64,000 bases of DNA from Octopus vulgaris (Eukaryota), in NCBI GenBank assembly GCA_951406725.2, contig OX597824.1, positions 36,456,001 through 36,520,000 on the forward strand, read 5' to 3'. Within the stretch, counting starts at the first letter, position 1. The number at the start of each line of letters is the position of its first letter. Shown in pieces: positions 59,900 through 64,000 of this stretch. The notes beneath the pieces are model-generated. The model worked only from the letters and a program-made list of their open reading frames with translations, made no database searches and was not told the DNA's origin. The translations under genes were made by a program, and so were the position numbers.

Positions 59900-61355
59900 A
59901 GTTATAGTTGTTACAGATAAACCATCACTTCTACATGGATGACTTGAAATATAAGAGATGACACCCAGATGGAAAAGCCTACAAAAAAATCATTCATAAA
60001 TACAGCCACAACTTAGAAATACAGGATTAGACAACTGTGGAAAAAACTACAATTAAAAGTGGGGAAAATTAATTAAAATAGGACATTAAATTAGACACAG
60101 ATTGAAATCAGCAAAATTAGACCTGAATTGCTCATACAGATATTTGGGGATAGATACTCATAATATTAACATAGAATTCAAAGAGAAAATTAGTATAAAT
60201 ATACCAGCTATTTCATTATAAATTGTAGCTTCAACATGAAAAAAACCCCAAAAAAACTTAATGTTAAGTGGATTGAAGGGCTTGGACAGAAAAACCAGGA
60301 AACTGCTAACAACATTCTGAAGCCACCACCCCAAAGCTGATAGAAACAGACTATACAAACTTCATAGACAAGGAGAACAGGTTTTGATAGAAATAGAAAA
60401 CTACTACAAAATAACAACACTGGGACCATAAAAATACTAATTAATGTTATAAGGAAACATGAAGAAAACAAAAACATTTTTATTTCTAAAAGAAAATAAT
60501 AAAGTACAAAGTGAAGACTAAGTACTATGAAGAAAAAGATTTAGATAAAAACCAAAAAAAAAAAAAAATGGTAGTTAGAAAGCAGAAAAGAAAGAAAGAA
60601 AATCAAAACAAAATTCCAAGTATACAAAAGAAAAATGAAAGATATAGAAAAAACACTCCATAGCCACAAGATTTGACAGAGAGAAAATAAACTAGATTGA
60701 CCATAAGTAACAGGCTAAAAACAGAAACAGAAAGTTTGATTTTCTGACTTTAACTGCACAAGACTAGTATCTAGCCTGAATTACTAAAAAAAAAAAAAAA
60801 GAGAAAAATCCCACAGAACCTAAAATCAAGTGTAGACTATATAACTACTACAATGAGATGATTGATTACATCATTTCCAGCAGCCTAGTCCTTGACAAGT
60901 CCAAACATGTTCACAGACAAATGAGTCAGCAACTATGTCCACTGAGCAATAATATGGAGACTTGAATGGGAAAATGGATAAGAAGTTGTATAAACATGTA
61001 GCACTAAACATAATGCACAATAATAAACTGACCACAATCATCTGAGACATGACTGTTCAGAGTGACAAGAATAGCAAGGCAGCCCATTTGTAGAAATTTT
61101 GATCCTTGCAGCCCCAAAATATTGTTGGGAGAAGAAATTGTCAAAATAGAAATTATTTGAAACTAAAACAAGCAAGAAATGTGGTGGGGTGTGAAAGTGA
61201 AAGTGAAAGTGAAAGTGAGATCAGAAATAAGTGGACGTCAAAGTAAAAAAAAATTTAACCAATAACATAAATAGAAAATCAGAAACCATGTTGTACACAA
61301 TCCAAAAGACAGTCCTGTTAGGCACAGCCTACATTTTATGCAGGACACTTTCAAG
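59900..61355 (+). mobile_element. Second degenerate R4/Dong-like remnant
   Basis: FYMDDLK (about 59928-59948), YRYLGI, HHPKADR.RLY, TAQD and the C-terminal IQKTVLLGTAYILCRTL. Confidence 0.65.
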
Positions 61356-62204
61356 TCTAAAGCATAACTCTATCATTACATTCTCAATACACAACAAATA
61401 CTGTATAAGATAACCAGCCAATAAATTGACACACTCTACAGAATTACCACCAGATCATATAGCACAACATTTACTCTATGCAATCACCAGCTGATAAAAT
61501 AATACAATACATACTCTTACATCACTGATACCCAACACTATAAGAACAACAATTCATAAGAATCCCACTGTACACAGATGCCATCCACAATATATAACAA
61601 AACACATAGCTCTTATCATCCAACACTAAAATACACTGCACCAATCACTCAGCATCATACAAAATGCAAATAGCACCCCAAAAAATAATACAGCCCACAC
61701 ATTGCAATCTATCATAAAACAGAGAAATAACAAAGAGCATCCCACAACAATGCAGAATTGTTATTGTTATTCATAATGATGATGATCATCATCCACATCA
61801 TATAATACCCATATTCCTTGTGGGCAAGGGTAGGATGGTTTGATAGCATTCAACAAACCAATGTTTCTACATGTTGGATGTCTTGCTTAGCACCAACCAC
61901 TACTGAGTGCATTTCTTTTGTAAGAGTGGCACTAGTTGGATCATCAAGTAATTTGCAAGACAAGACCCCTTGATGGAGTGGGAGAGTAGAATTAAAAGAG
62001 GTGACTTTGTGCTAGCTGTTGAGAGGCTAATGTAAGATAAAGGGACAAGAGTGGGTGTCTTGTTGAAGCGGAAATACATGGCTACCCCAACAGGAAAGAG
62101 AGCAAGTCTACATTTTCATAAGTCTATTTTGCACACACTTTAAGTGCATGGAAGTGCACTTGGGAAAGCAGCAGAAACTTACACAAAATTGCTGAAAGTA
62201 TTGC

Positions 62205-62240
<36 letters not shown>

Positions 62241-64000
62241 AACGATGATGACATGTTTATTTCTTAAATAGTAAGTATAAGAGTATTTAAAGTTCAATTC
62301 AGTCAAAAGGTGCCATATTGCAAAAATGGACATTATTAGTTAACAGTCTAGCAGATCATACAAGAAACACTGACTTCTAAATAACCATCAAATATCATAG
62401 ATATTTGTCTTATTAATCAGTTGTTATATCTGCAACCTGACATTTTGCTCAATGAGAAAATAACTGACATTCCAAGTAGAAATACTGTCACATTTGGAAT
62501 GGTATTTCATTTGAAATGTTACTTAAAATTCAGAGCTAGATAAAATAAACAATGATAATTATGCTGAAACTGCAAATTTATTTAAAAGATATGTTGTTAG
62601 GAAAAACCAATATATTTCATACAATAATTATAAATCATCTTGCATAAAAACCCTACTTTTATTTTTTTCAATAATTTACACTTTTAATGTTTCCCAAAAC
62701 CTTAGAAAAAGAAAGTTAGGAAGAACAGAAATATATTTCAGCAGCTGATGATTAAATCTAACCATTAAACATATTGTTTTATAATGAAGAGGTAATCAAT
62801 ATATTTCCTGCAAATTTTCCCCAGTAAACATTGCATAATTTATGGCCACTATATCTACTTTAGAAAGCAAATACTTTTTCTTATTTTACAAAATCTAAAT
62901 GGAATTCTTCACATTGAAATTTAGCTTTGATCACTTTGTAAGAGGCGAAAATCTTAGAAACATCATTCATAAAAACAAAGGACATTATTAGAAGGCAGTA
63001 AAGTAAGCTGCAGTAAAAGCAACATGGTGAGTGGCTTTTTTAAGCATAACATTTAAGCAAGCCATTAATAAGTGAATTTACTGAATTTTGGATATTTTCT
63101 GCTCAATGTATTCAAATCAAATTTCATGATAAGAAAAGAAATCAAAGATATTAGAACACAAATGGTTATGGGAATTTAGAATTTAAGATCTTGCTTGCAG
63201 CATAAGAAATAATTAAAGTGAATGAGCGCTCAACTAAATAGGACAAGGGAATATTTTATGGCCAATTAACACTGATAATAATTACTTTTGTAAAATTACA
63301 TTATACTTGCAAACAAACCACGGATGGCTTGTATCTGAAGACTGACACGACACAGAGTCCATGACCAAAATATTATGTACACCTTTGCTTTGTCAGTGCT
63401 ATGTAAATAGGAACATTTTGAGGGGATACTCTAGTGATTTATAACTGAAAAATGTTTTGCAGTTTTCAGTGTTGATTTCTTCCATGGGCCTGGCCATGAT
63501 AAAATAATTTTCATTATTTCAATTAAGGCTATCATCATCATTGAAGGTAAATATCATATGAGATATTACAACTTAATTAACTGTTTGTCTGAAATAAAAG
63601 CCTGACTTAAGGAGATGCAAATATATCAATCTTTTACAAGGATGAGATGAAAACCAGGTATCTGTTTTTGCAGAGGGTAAAATAAAGGGAAGGCCTGTAC
63701 ACAGAAAATTACAAATGTGTATTCTTGATTTTCAAATTGTCCAATAATATTTCATTGCATTTCCTTAAAAATAAAGATAAACCATGTTAGAAATTCAATA
63801 ACCTTTACCTTTTAAGTAATATGCTAAACTAATAGAAAAATACTTCCATAGTTATAAATAAAATTGCCAATTATGGCATATTTGTAATAGTTCAATATAG
63901 TTAGTGCTATATTTACTCACTCCTTCACTAAAAAAACCCTACACATGTTTAAGATTAAAAGACGAATTTTGATTATTTGCCCATAAACCTAAAAGGAATA

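Noticed and set aside
52480-64000. Candidate upstream exons (e.g. near 55171-55206, 56021-56212, 56936-57000)
   Set aside because: Wrong phase or no MyTH4/myosin-like sequence; treated as one long intron, although a small exon could have been missed

Overview
AT-rich, microsatellite- and SINE-dense animal genomic DNA. The repeat families and microsatellite style suggest a coleoid cephalopod such as Octopus (inferred, not shown directly). The window holds part of one large minus-strand gene. I traced 20 GT-AG exons (52479 down to 448) that splice in frame to 2778 nt (926 aa), encoding tandem MyTH4-FERM-MyTH4-FERM with no SH3 between the modules. This is the tail of an unconventional MyTH4-FERM myosin, most like class XXII. 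The gene is open at both ends, and I found no exon in 52480-64000. The introns carry several tRNA-headed SINE families, TTAA-flanked and 8-bp-TSD MITEs, a near full-length decayed mariner, RTE and R4/Dong-like LINE remnants, and a Penelope-like GIY-YIG fragment. The most notable signal is about ten type I hammerhead ribozyme motifs of the Penelope/retrozyme kind. Two have intact cores in the sense orientation of the host pre-mRNA (1631-1672, 3725-3815), and a repeat family carries a recurrent non-canonical CUGUNGA core. Other unusual structures are several long foldback palindromes and an RTE nested in a SINE, whose 3' UTR forms a higher-order tandem array.
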